A stretch of DNA of 64,000 bases, taken from NCBI GenBank assembly GCA_030704615.1, contig CM060733.1, forward strand, positions 9,362,001 through 9,426,000, read 5' to 3'. Shown here one piece after another: positions 41,554 to 53,764 of the stretch; position 1 is the first letter of the stretch, and each line of letters opens with the position of its first letter. Source of the stretch: Takakia lepidozioides (lineage: Eukaryota; Plantae; Bryophyta). Made by a program: the position numbers and the translations under genes. The notes below the pieces were generated by a model. The model made no database searches. It had not been told where the DNA came from and saw only the letters and a list, made by a program, of their open reading frames with translations.

Positions 41554-41944
41554 GAGCGTAGCTACGGCGTGAGCCCAGCCCCGTGAGCTTGGGAGCTGAA
41601 CTCACGTCCAAGCTAGAAAGCGTGAGCGGCACCAATCTGCTGGAGAAGAAGGTCCTATAGGCGAGGATTGCAGGAAGAGGGCCTATTACCGTGGACAAAA
41701 CAAAAGGGGCCAACACACACCATGTGTGCAATGCCCGCTCAAAAACAGAAATATGAAAACATGGCAAATTTGAGCTCAGAATGATTGTCACAGTTTATTT
41801 CAATTCACAGATAGACGCTTACAATGAATTGCATGTGCATTTGCCCTGGTTCCGTAAACGAAATCCATATGTTTGTCAGAAATGCAAAGTCTTCACACGG
41901 CAACCTGCAAACCAGCATGGGAAGCGGGCATGGCTCGTATGTGT

Positions 41945-43064
41945 TCAAAGAGAAGTTGGCGGAGCTCCACGCGAGGTGTCCCGCTGTAGAAGGGTGTTCA
42001 CTTCTCCATAGCCTAGTGTGGCTTGGTGGATGAATTGGTCTCTCTTACCGTCGCAACACATAATCACAAGGTATATGTAATATTGATGCTTGCAGGGGAC
42101 CCACTTCCCTCTCATGCGAGAGAGCGCCTCACGCATCGTTACAAAGTCCGGACAAGTGCACGAAGGGAAATTCCCGACGGTAACCTGATATTCTTTGCCA
42201 TGAAGAACTGACCCAATTGACAGCACTGTGTAAATCCGTCCATACCCCGGAGAAGGGACTTCGGTGATACGAGACACCCGAGCCTGCAAATTCTAGCAGA
42301 TTCCATCTTGCATTCGTGATCTGCACCCGAAGCGAAACGGCGCACTGTTTTTCCATCTCTTTTTGTTGGGTGGGAGTCGGCACCGGGTGGCGGCATTGCC
42401 GGAGCATGTGGCACATCTGTGCCGACAGTGCATGAGGGCACCACCCGGGACCGTGCAAGACAGAACCCTCCCTCCTCCAGCATGCTTATCTCGGTTGATG
42501 ACAGCGACGTCCCAATTTGCACAGGCCAAATTGCGGGGGGAGGGGGTTTCATTATCACCGAAGGACGAACTGTTCCCTTCACGCATCGTGCCATATCGTC
42601 TGGGCAGAACCAAAATTTGTGGTCCTTTGACTCCCCACTATGATAAGGTCGGAACAACCCTGTGAATGTTGGAGCTGGAGTCCCCCTGGAGCCTTTGCAT
42701 ATCTTTGATTTGCATTTCTTGAATGAGGGGGTCCGAATTGCCATGCAAGCCACTCTAGATCCTGGTGGGGTGCGTTCTATATGCCACTCACTATCAATGC
42801 AATCGGATTCCTGCACCATGGCCACCGCCTCCTCCAATGGGATTCCCGCTGCTGTGCACCTGCTCCACTGGAGGAGGACCCACCTGGGAAGGGGCGGGCA
42901 CACGACTCAGTCTGCAGTGGAGACACCTTTGGCACAGAGAAATTGACCCTGTCTGGCCGATGGGAATCTCCATCTGACCCTGGAAGAGTGTTCAATTTCC
43001 TTTTGCATGATCCAAATCTTTCCTTGCCTTCCAAATGGGGGATCCTGGATTGTAGAGCGGACCC
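41945..43064 (-). pseudogene. 3' part of the outer MULE transposase (SWIM finger), frameshifted
   Basis: GSALQSRIPHLEGKERFGSCKRKL, WHIERT, HKFWFCPDD and CTCPDF...PCKH are spread over three frames and are colinear with 52379-53764. Confidence 0.9.
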
Positions 43065-44089
43065 TTCAGTGCAGGGATGCCTCGGCGTGAGCCTGGTCAC
43101 GTGAGCGCGACTGCGCTCACGCCACGTCACCTTGCGCAAATGCCACGTGACGGGTCTCAGTCCACGTCATCACACGTGGAGGCCGAGTCACCACGCACCC
43201 AGAAAGAAGTGGAGTGTATTCCCGCGGATTGGCACCCTTTACCGCGGAAACAAGCTGGACGACATAATAAAAGGCATTGAATAAATGATGGATGAATGTA
43301 CAGTTGGATGATAAACAGATGGATGAGTTTGAAAAATCTATGTAGATGGATGAATGACGGATGGATAAGAGTAAAATGGATGAATGTATAATGGATGTTG
43401 AGCAATGACAAAAATTCATGATAGGAAGATGCATGACCAAATCTTTTGACGAATGCACAAAGTATATGAAATGAGTGTGGAAGGTTTGTGGGGTGGATTA
43501 AAGAGTACAGAGGATGAATGTACAATGGATGTTGTACAAAGGAAGCTTTCATGAATGGAGCACGCATGAATACAGTGTAGATGAATGCACAATGGATATG
43601 AGAAGAGTCAAGAAGGTTTGTGAGATGGATTCATACATATAGCAATTTAAACGAAAGTTGATTCTGTGATTATTATTTGTTCTAAAGGAACAACTACGGT
43701 AGAGTAAGGGGATTCAACGTTTCCAGATAATATGAAAATGAATATTAAAAGAATACAGTTCAGTCTGACTCAGAGTCAGTACAATGTATCCCCTCTTCCT
43801 CTGCATCTAAGTCTAAGTATTTTAGAACACCGGATCCACGCGAAATACACCTACGGCTGGCCACTAAAAAGTCAGGGGATAGGGACTCGGACGCGTGAAG
43901 TGCCATTGCTTCGGCATAAACAGGGAGCAGAAAATTGGAAAGGGGGCTGTCGAAAACAGACTCGCCAGAAATGACTGTATCTCCTGAAGATCCACCGCTG
44001 GCTTTCCTGAAAGACAGCCTGAAAAAGTTATTACTGTAACTTTGATGTTATCGAGAAATTGAGTATGACTCCCAAAGAGGGTTTAGCAC

Positions 44090-47000
44090 TTACTCACATG
44101 AAAAGTCGTTGTCGACCTGCTTATCTTCGGGATCGTCATCATTTCGAATATGAATCCGATCAGTCTGTGTGCCTGATGTGGAGCCAGACAAAAGGGGGAG
44201 GAGCACTGTGTTGTAGAGGTCAGAATCACCCTCCATACCAAAAAGGCTTCTTCCGCCTGCCTTGCATGCGTGGTAAGTTGCTCCTGCACCAGACAGGAGA
44301 ACATAAACAGTTTGGAGGAGGGGATTTAAGCAGATGAAACTGTTGAAAGGAAACCAATTCGGAAGGGAGAAAACGAACCTGTGGACACAGAAAGATCGAC
44401 AACCCGTGCAGAGCGGTGGCTGCATGACTCCAGCAGTATTTGCATGAATGCTGGTGACTTTTCCTTTGCACCTCTCCAGGGAGTGCCATCTGGTCTCTTC
44501 AGAGTCTGACTGGACTGCATGAAGTTGTACAAAATGTCATCGACATGGGGCTCATAGGGAGGGTTGACGAAACAACCCTGGTCAGAAATCTCAAAGCTGC
44601 GGATGGAGGATGGTGTCTTTGATGTGCGAATCCTCCGCAGGCAGATCGCCTCGAACATCCTCGTCTGCCAAAGATAGCAGGTTAGTGTGGTAAACACAAT
44701 CTAAAGTGGAAGTGTGTACATCGGCTATTCAGAACTCTGACACCAAAAAAACCATGAATCGTTGATGATCGGTGTCGATCATAAAACATTCTACTAGAGT
44801 GGAGCTGCAGAGAAAATTGAAACTCATGATCAAAGCATAAGCAGAAGGCAGACGGCATACCAGCTGACCAGGGAAACCCCCTTTCACAAGGTAGAGGCTG
44901 TTCACACAATTCCATGTGCGCAAAACTTCAAACCCTGAAGACTTGAGGTATGATGCCAATGCCCGACGACTATCATTGTCACATGACTGAAAAAGCAGAA
45001 GTGTCCCTGCATCAGAGAGGAAATTGTTACAGAACCCGAATACCCAACTCCAGTAGTTGTCCTCGAATTTGTTCCACCCTGGCGTCTTGCCCTTTGGAAG
45101 AACTTCTGGCACAGCCTGGCCATCCGGGATGTCGAGAATGACAATGTCGGCCGCATAAGTTTTCTGCACACCGCACACGAAGGTGGGACCTGTGCTCACC
45201 TGCAACAGACATGTTTTTTATAAGAACGATGGCAAGAATGTTTTCAAAGAACGAGACTGAAATACTGCCAACGAAACATTCAGAGAATAAGGAAAGAAAA
45301 TGGAATTCTCACCAGATTGAGGAATGAGATTATATTGTCCCAGGTAGGGGATGGCACCCCAGTGTATCCTCTCTTTCGACTCTGCATCATCGAAAGCCAA
45401 CCCTCATTAACAATTTTCATCTCTCCTGCTGAATCAGAACGGGAAGGGTGTGGCTTGGCATCGAACACGCACTGAAGAGTGCGGGTATATCTTCCAGCAG
45501 TAAAGTCCTGCCCACTCTCCATCTCCTTTTCATTCTCCTTCCCCTTGTCCTTTTCCTTCTCTTTGGACTTGTCTTTGTCCTTTGGCTTTGCTGGTGAGAT
45601 GGCTATGACATCAACAGCCTTGTCTTTTGGTTTGCGGCCCGCCTTCTTTCCCTTCTGCGGCGTTCCCTGAGCATCAGGCTCCTTGGCAGCCAAGGTTGCT
45701 ATGTTTCGTTGATACTCTTCGTCAGTCAAAGGCGCCAGCATCTCAGCGTTATTGTTCAAGTATTTCATATGCTGTTCTTGAAAGGTCGTGTGCTCAGGTG
45801 GGCAGTCAAGGTACCACCCACAGTCTCTGAAGTGAGAAGGACTCCAGTCCTTCAATATCCCTGCAGTATACATGGTTGGATCGTTTGCAGGGTCCGACCA
45901 CATGTCAAGATAGTCGGGAATTCCGCTCAGGTGATTTCCTTCCATAAGCACATATTTCGTGTACCTGAAAAAAGGAGATGAATCCCAACCCACAAAAGCG
46001 CTCAGTGAGTAAGATGCAAGTAGAACAGAAAGAATAAAACATGGATTGAAATGGCTCTGACAACTGCTCCAAGGACCTTTCAGGACCACACTACTGCTCC
46101 AAATATGAATGTCGTCAACGCCATTCAGAACATTCCATTCCATGACACTGTAAATACATCCTAATCCAGGTGAATGCAAATAAGCGATTAGAAATGACAC
46201 AGACATAGAAGTGAATGTCGTCAACGACATTCAAGAATGAAGCCAAATTATTACTGAAATGAAGCAAAATCACAGGATGGAAATAAAAAAATTGAGTAAG
46301 GAACCATCCAGGAAAACTCAATGCACATTCATAACGAACCTATCACTGAGGACCTCACAACATCACTGTATGTGAATGGCTTCAACGCCATTCACAAAAA
46401 TACAAAAAAGAAACCAATTACTTAGCTCCCCAATCCATGAATATTGAATTTGTCGTTTTTTAATAATACAGACACAGCTGTGAATGTCGTTAACGACATT
46501 CACTTTGGATTTCTTAAAACAGAGCTTATGAAGCCTCCATATTCATCGCAAGAGGAAAAAACAATGCAGAACAACTGAATGTCTGCATTGACATTCAGCA
46601 AAATGAAGTGATCAACCCTCATTGTATCCTCTATGGACATTACAAAAATTTAAATAACCTTGAGGACCGCACAACAACTCCATATGTGAATGTTGTCAAC
46701 GCCATTCAAGGACATTATCAATTCTAATCAGGGACAATATAATTGCACCCTTAGATCCTAACCAGGTGAATTCATATACTCGCTTAAGAATGACTCAGAC
46801 AAAGAAGTGAATGTCGTCAACGACATTCAATCTGGATCTAAGATTGCAATCCATATGAAGCCACAATTTTTCCCAAAAAAACAGTAGAGTTTCAAGTATG
46901 ACATTTCACCTGTACACAACTCGCATCATGGCCCACTCTCCTCCAACCTGACTGTCAAAGTCGTTGGACCGTAAAATGTTACCATCTTTGGAGAACTCCC

Positions 47001-49398
47001 GGAAAAAACAGTATCTCCAGGTGAGACCTCTCCACTTCCTTATGTATGCCTCCAATGACATTTGGGGAGGGGAAACAATCGCAATGTTCAGGTCCTTCAA
47101 AGTCTGATCCAGCACAATGACGGCGCGCTTTTCGAGCTGCAAATAGAATATTTGTCAGAATTGCAAAAAAGAAACACATCACATACTTGAAGATAAGAAA
47201 CAGCATGTTCGAATACACACCTGACTCCAAAATGTAGCCTTGTGGAGCCAGTTATCAAACACCAAATCACTGATTCCTTCCACCTTTGTGCCAGGCTGTA
47301 TGGTGCTCTTTGGGAACTGATTCAAGTCCTTTACTGTTTGATCTGAGTTCCATATCTCCAGCCACCTTATTTTTGTTTGTGGGTCGACCATCGATATGGC
47401 CAGCCGGTGCAATTTCTCCTGCTGCATCTCCGGATGCACATGCTTGTCATAGTGTGTTTTGATCTGCTGAAGGAACTCAGGACCAAGTCCAGGATCTACT
47501 ATTCTAAGCTGCTTTCCGAAGGCGGACATCAATTTGGTTCTTCGCATCTCAAACTCCTTCTTTATTGCAGCTTCCACACCCTTTGATGTCCTTAGTTCCT
47601 CTGGTGTAGTGTGGTAATATTCGGATTTTCCCTTCTCAGCTGCCTCTGCCAGTTCTTGCTGCATTCATTCAAGTAGTGATTAGCTCCGAAGGGACTCTAA
47701 ACATGTATTCGAAAAGTAAACAGATTACAGACTCGGGCTTACCGCATACATGTACTCCAGAAACGCCTCTCGTGTCAAAGAATACCAAGTGCCTGCAGCT
47801 CTTCCTGTTTCGCACTTCTTGATGATATTGGGTGGTAGTACTGTCCGAAAATCATCCAGCTTCATCAGACCAATCCTCTGAATTCGGAATAGTGTGTGAA
47901 CCAAGCTTGTTGTCACATGCGATTTCTCTGTCGATCTGCAAAAACATTGAAAACATTGCATTCCTTAACACTGTTTTTTGAGGATCAACAAGACACTACA
48001 GAGGGAATCAAATCTCCTGGATGACTTACTTGTTCACGTCGTGCATAGCTGTAAGAAGCCTAGCGATGTCGTTTCCTGGATCCAAAACCATTGCCTCCAC
48101 AGCAACATGCTTGTCTTTGTCTTTCGAATGGTGTTTCTGAATGTATCCCATCCATGCCAGCAATCGGTGGTTGCCGTCCCAGACGTAGAACATGTGGTTG
48201 CAAAATTGCTGGGTGTTCTTTCCCATCATGAGGCCCAGCTCGAACTCCTCATTGGCATCTTTCCAGCACTCATCCCAGTTATCACTGATCTCTGGAGAAA
48301 CTAATGTGCTTTTCCCATTTATATCCGTCAGGGACACATAAAAAACTTGTGCACCAAGTCTATATCCATGCACAAAATCACTCTCCAATTTTGTTATGTC
48401 ATGGGAAAGAGGTGGACGCACAACAGGCATTGATATCATCCGGCACAGAGGTATGTCCAGACGCCCTCCAGATACGAGCATGTCCCTTATAACCTCCTGA
48501 GAGTTTACCTTCTGGAATGACATGAGTTCTTTCACCTTGTCAAGGTAGTGCACTTCGGATTCATCTGCTTCATCTGTATTCTCTGAGCTTTTTGCGGACT
48601 CGTCCCCATCTCCAGATCCTTTCCCCTCTGATCCTGTAGGCTTCGACCTCACAGTTTTCTGCACGATGCCATTCAGTTCTGACTAAGTGATTTGCAAATA
48701 GTGAATGGCGGTAACGACAATCACTCTGTATCAAGGAAACTCACCATGAATGGTGTGAAAGAATTCAGCACAATCTACAGATGCAAAGCCGAGACTGCCG
48801 TATTCAAAACAAAAGTGAGAGCGATAGCGAACGGCGTTAACGACAATCACAAAAGATAACAACCTGCCGGATCGGTGTTGTGTAATGACATATATGTGCA
48901 ACTGATTGGCGGCAACGACATTCAGTGTAGTTTAGGGAGAATAGTAAGTGCAGACTCTCTCTTCAAACACATAGGTACATAAATCTCATGAGCAGAATCG
49001 AATGGCGTTAACGACGCTCGCGATTCAGTAGTTCCTGCTAAAGAATGGAAGAGGAAGGACTCCTTGAAAGGCAATCACATAGACTATATGATAAAACTTA
49101 CTGGCACCTTCTTAGGTTTTGAAATTTGATCCCCTTCTGCAGCTTTCCTCTTCCCTCTCACATCTGCTGGAGTTTCTGTCTGCGCAAGGGTTTCTTGACC
49201 TTCTTCAGGTTCGGCGTTCCGCGTGCTTCCACCTTCTTCAGTGTCCCTGCGATTCATCTCTGCCTCCACAGGCTGGCGCACTCTTATCGCCGGCTGTGTC
49301 GCAGCCGCTGCCTCAGTCTCCGTCTGCTCTTGTGAATCAGTCTCCGCGTTCACCTGCTGCCTTGGCCCTGTGTTCTCCAACAAACGACGCCTCGTCAT
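44090..49398 (-). CDS. ParB/Srx-like domain fused to a beta-class N4C/N6A DNA-methyltransferase-like domain (~1080 aa); exons 49398-49108, 48658-48030, 47935-47743, 47658-47221, 47136-46910, 45964-45313, 45199-44861, 44664-44379, 44283-44090
   Basis: All eight introns are GT-AG and frame-consistent (3249 nt, no internal stop). Motifs are ParB-like FYVWDGNHRLLAW, MTase motif IV-like ADIVILDIPDG, motif X-like KEKSPAFMQILLESCS and motif I/II-like VVDLSVSTGATYHACKAGGRSLFGMEGD. The last exon may splice further. Confidence 0.8.
46106..46830. repeat. Seven spaced intronic palindromes, consensus TGAATGTCG-TCAA-CGACATTCA
   Basis: Copies near 46106, 46212, 46372, 46480, 46575, 46686 and 46807, all inside intron 5 of the ParB-MTase gene. 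Confidence 0.85.
48701..49022. repeat. Four degenerate copies of the same palindrome in intron 1
   Basis: GTGAATGGCGGTAACGACAATCAC (48701), GAACGGCGTTAACGACAATC (~48829), CTGATTGGCGGCAACGACATTCAG (48902) and GAATGGCGTTAACGACGCTC (49000). Confidence 0.75.
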
Positions 49399-50253
49399 TT
49401 TCTCTCTTGCTCTGCGTCTCTCTCTAAGGGAAGTAAAATAAAGAGACTTTCTTCTCTTTCGTATTCTAGAAGGAACCCTCTCCAGCTTGACTACCACTCT
49501 CCCTCTAAGCGCGAAAAGTAGAAAAACGCAGTGACTCCCGATTTCTTGCGGGATTGCCTGTGTTCTTGCGTGTCTCTAGAAGCATCGGATTCCCTCCCGC
49601 GTGACCGTTACACATAGTCGTTTCGATATTAGTGCACATGCCAGCAATTGGTGTACAGCTGTTCGTATTCAGTTATGGATGTCTGACGTGTGCCGCCCAA
49701 AACAAAACGGCGTGTTCTAAATTATAACTGGTTCAATATTTAAAAAGAACAGCGAATCCCAGAAATTGATGCGCAGTCTTAAACAAATAAATATAAATGA
49801 ACGAGAGTTTGATGACAAATTTTGGAATATCATACACGGTCATCCTTGTTATCCAAACCCCACATTCGTTGCACATTTGGAACTTTCCAGGTGCGCATGA
49901 TCATTGGTAGTAGTATATAGATACATTTACTTAATCTGCAATCCCATTCTCGGATCCTGTGGCATGCTTCCAGGAAGTCGGCTTTGTTATTGGGTTTATT
50001 GATGAGGTTCTGATTAACGGTTTAACAGTTGCCGACACTGCCCCTATGGATTCTCTGACCACTGGGCCCACAAGAAAAGTAATTAAAATGGACGGCTGCA
50101 TATCTGGAATGAATAACAGAATATGCACAGTCGTTATCTGAGCTTCCTCCGCCATATGCTCTGCTCATTCTTCAACTGTGTTCTGGAGACAGCAGTAAAC
50201 CGATTTACACTAGATCTGCGATAGCAAGGTACAAACATACTCGAGGAAGGAAG

Positions 50254-53200
50254 ATGGCTTCCTCTGAAGCGGAGTTCTTCTCAGACGACAAACCAGTGCC
50301 GTTCTCCCAGGAAGTCCTTGACAATGGATTTGCAATTGTTCTGGAACATGTCTTGGCTACCCGTTTTCAGCTGCAGAATGGCTCCATCTTTTTGGAGAAA
50401 GAGGTTTACGATCTGAAAGGGAAGTTGGTGAAATATTCTTTCCAAAACCGTGATGAGACGGCTCATATCAGCCAGTGGAGAGTGCGTCCTGGTCGATACA
50501 GAGTACTTGGAGAGCCTCGGCGAAAGTCCCTTGGGTCATATGTGACGCCCGGGACTGCTGCTTCGGTCGTTGAAGACAAGAGGGAGGTGGTGGTGAAAAA
50601 AGAACAGACGTCCTCCACTCCAATCGTTGAGCTTTCGGATTCTTCCGATGATGACATAAGTGAAATTCCAAATCCAGTCCTTCCTACTGTGGTTGCAGAA
50701 GCTGATGAAGAAGAGATTTGTAGTGTCATTCCAAAATTGCGGGCGATGGGAGGAATGGCTGGATTCAAAAGTGAGTTGCGGGGAATTGATTGGGAATCTT
50801 TGAAGCAGGTGCCTGTGAAGTTCTTGCCGGAGACTTTTGATGGCGATATCCTATTCGAGCTGCCTCCTCCTCCGCGAGTTGGAGGTGTAACAATCATGAT
50901 GCATGGAATGGACAAGAAACACGACGGGCACCCGTGGTGCAGAACAAAAACATCCAATATTCAGAATGATGACAAGCTTGTTTTCAGGAGGACAGTTTGC
51001 AATGGACACCTTAGGTGTGATAATTTGAATTGCAGACACTTTCTTCAGTCTGGAGTTCATAATCAAAGCGAATGGGAGGGTCTGGCGGAGAATCCATTTC
51101 AGCCTGGGACTGCCCCTCCACCGGCAAACACTTTCGTCTGCAAATTCTGCAAACTTGTGCCATCCTGCTTGGCGCTCTGCGGAGCAAGAATGTACTATGT
51201 TGTCCACCGTTTGAATACAATGACGAGAGCTTGTGTGCATTTTGGATTCCATAACCATCCTGTCTCGAAGGGGGATTACAGGGAGAGTGTTGAGACAGTA
51301 TCGAGGTTGATCAAACAGGAGTTCGGGAGAAACCCATCCGCAACAACATCTGCAATTGCTCTTGGCGCAAGCAAGTCCTTCTTGGAAAGCCATATTTTGA
51401 GTGAAGGAGATTCTGTGGGGACTAAACTTGACGGTGCAGCATTGGACCTGGTCATGGATCATTTCTCCACTTTAAGTTCACCTAACATTCGGCATCAGAT
51501 CAATGCATTGAGAATGGGCTCTGGGATCAGAGGCTACATAGACAATATTTTGGAATTGAAACGACTGAGCAAGTACGATTACATCCAGGACAATGTATTC
51601 CCAGGTCAAGGTGCCATCAAAGTTTTTCTTTTCAAAATGTCGACTGTTGGGGAGGGCAGTGGGGTTAGCCTCGTGAAGCGGATGCAGAAGACTGGGGACT
51701 TGCAGAACTGTTTTCTTATGTTTGATCATGTGAAACGAGTGAAGGATTGGACGACAATGGCTTGTCATGTCTACGATCCAGTGTACCAACGAGTTATGAC
51801 AATTGCAGTTTGTGACATGCAATCCGAGGATACGGAATCCCAGAAGCTCATGTGGAATTCCCTGATACGTGTCATGGGCTGCCATGGGCTGCCATCTCCA
51901 AATTTCGCAGGTTTCATGGCGGATAGTGCTCAAGCAAATTTCAATGCTATTCGTATTGTCTTCGGATCGGGCGACCCAAAAGTGCCTATGCCAGGAAGAG
52001 AGCGTACATGTCTATTCCATTGGACACAATCTCTGGAAAAACATACAAAGTCGGACATCAAACCAGAGATGCAGACTCAGCACCGTAAATTGTGCAAAGA
52101 GTACAAAGATGCTAGAACAATGAAGGAGGCGGACACTTTGTTCCAGACAATTCGTGCCTGGTGGTTCTCTTCTGGAGCTGCATCACTTGAGAGTATGAGA
52201 GCATTGGAAGATTGGCTGGCGTTTTGGCACTTCCGGTATAGACAGTGGGGAGCAGCCATGACAATGGTACGAGGCTTCTATTTCATGCTTTATTCATACA
52301 TTTGCTTTCCATATTTTTGTTGCTTTCTTTATGTTGTTTCCTGTGCACTATTCTGAAGTGTGGTTATCCTCTTTGCAGAACATGTCCATTGAGGAAATGG
52401 CAGACATGCCATCTTGCAATTTGGCAGAAACTGTGCACAATGCATGGTTGCAGCAGTCTGGGAAACGAGGTCGGGATTTGTATGTGGCAACAACAGATGA
52501 TTTGATACGTGCCTTGCAACAACAAACCCGATACCGTGATTTCTTACGAGGTGGGGTTGGTGGCAAGGGTCCGGACAAATCGGAGTTGATGTTGCGTGCT
52601 GCAAACAGATCTGGGGATCCAATCAAGATAGCACGGGCGGTGAGCATGTATGCCCAGGGAACGCCACTTGTTTCTAGAGTTCCACATCTTGAAGGGGAGG
52701 AGAGATTCGGCTCCTGTAAGAGGAAATTGAACACTCCACCTGGTTCGGATTCAGATTCCCACAGGGCAGACCGTGATAACTTCTCGAAGCCTCGTGTTCC
52801 CCTGCATGACAGCTCCGTGTCCGGAACCTCCATTGTGGAGGAACCTCCAACACGACGGCAAGCTCCAGCATCAAACCGTGCCACTGAAATGGTGCAGGAG
52901 AGAAACAACCCCCTTGATGTGCTTGAGTCCGCATGCCCCGACCACGTTTGGCACATAGAACGCACAAGTGTCGGGTCTCGTGTGAAATGTACAGCGATCA
53001 GGGCAACTAATTTCGAGAAGTGCACTTCATCTATATCCAGAGGTGGTGCCCGAACTCCTGCTCCGACTTTCACGGGCTTGATGCGTCCATACGGTCAACC
53101 AGAAGCCAAGAACCACAAGTTCTGGTTCTGCGCAGATGATTGTGCCAGATGTGTGCATGGAACTGTGCGTCCTTCCGTAGTGATGAAGCCATCTCCTCCA

Positions 53201-53764
53201 ACCGTTTGGCCCGTGAAGGTGGGAACACATCTCAGCTTTCAGGAGATTGAAATGCTGGAGGAGGCAGGTTTTTCCCTTGCGAGACAACCCCAACTCCATG
53301 CATGTGCTACTACTCCTGCGTCCTCCCGGGTCCCCCCGGCAAATCCTGACTTGTGGCCAACCAAACGAGATGGAAAGCTCGTTCGGCGTTTCCCTCCAAC
53401 CGCTGAACACTTTGGCAAAGTGGAGTCCGCAAGAATGCTCCAAGCTCGTGTTGGAAGCACCACGGAAGTACCCGATCCAGGATATGGTCGGGTATTCACA
53501 ATCATCACTTCCACATCTGCTGTTCATGACAGGACCTACGACATCACGGTTTCCAATTTCCCCAATTGCACATGTCCTGATTTTGTGAATATGCTATCAA
53601 CCAGTTTGGGCAAGAGAGGTAAATTCATACCCTGCAAACATTTGTATTTCATATTTTTGAGGAGGATGGTTTGCGATCCCAAACGTGACAACTTCATTCA
53701 CCAGGCCACTATGAGTTTCAACGAGGTCGATACTCTTTTGCAGCGGGATACAACACATGGGTAG
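50254..53764 (+). CDS. Mutator-like DDE transposase with GCM/WRKY-fold DNA-binding region and C-terminal SWIM finger; exons 50254-52266, 52379-53764 (~1132 aa)
   Basis: DGHPW...C...C...HFGFHNHP (GCM-like). Candidate catalytic residues are FLMFDH (D), GFMADSAQA (D), CLFHW (CxxH) and CNLAETVH (E). SWIM is CTCPDF...PCKH. The phase-0 GT-AG intron keeps frame and there are no stops. Confidence 0.88.

Noticed and set aside
44090-49398. Bacterial or phage contamination explaining the ParB-MTase gene
   Set aside because: Eight frame-consistent GT-AG introns, whose positions are largely shared with the second copy, and contiguity with plant genes.
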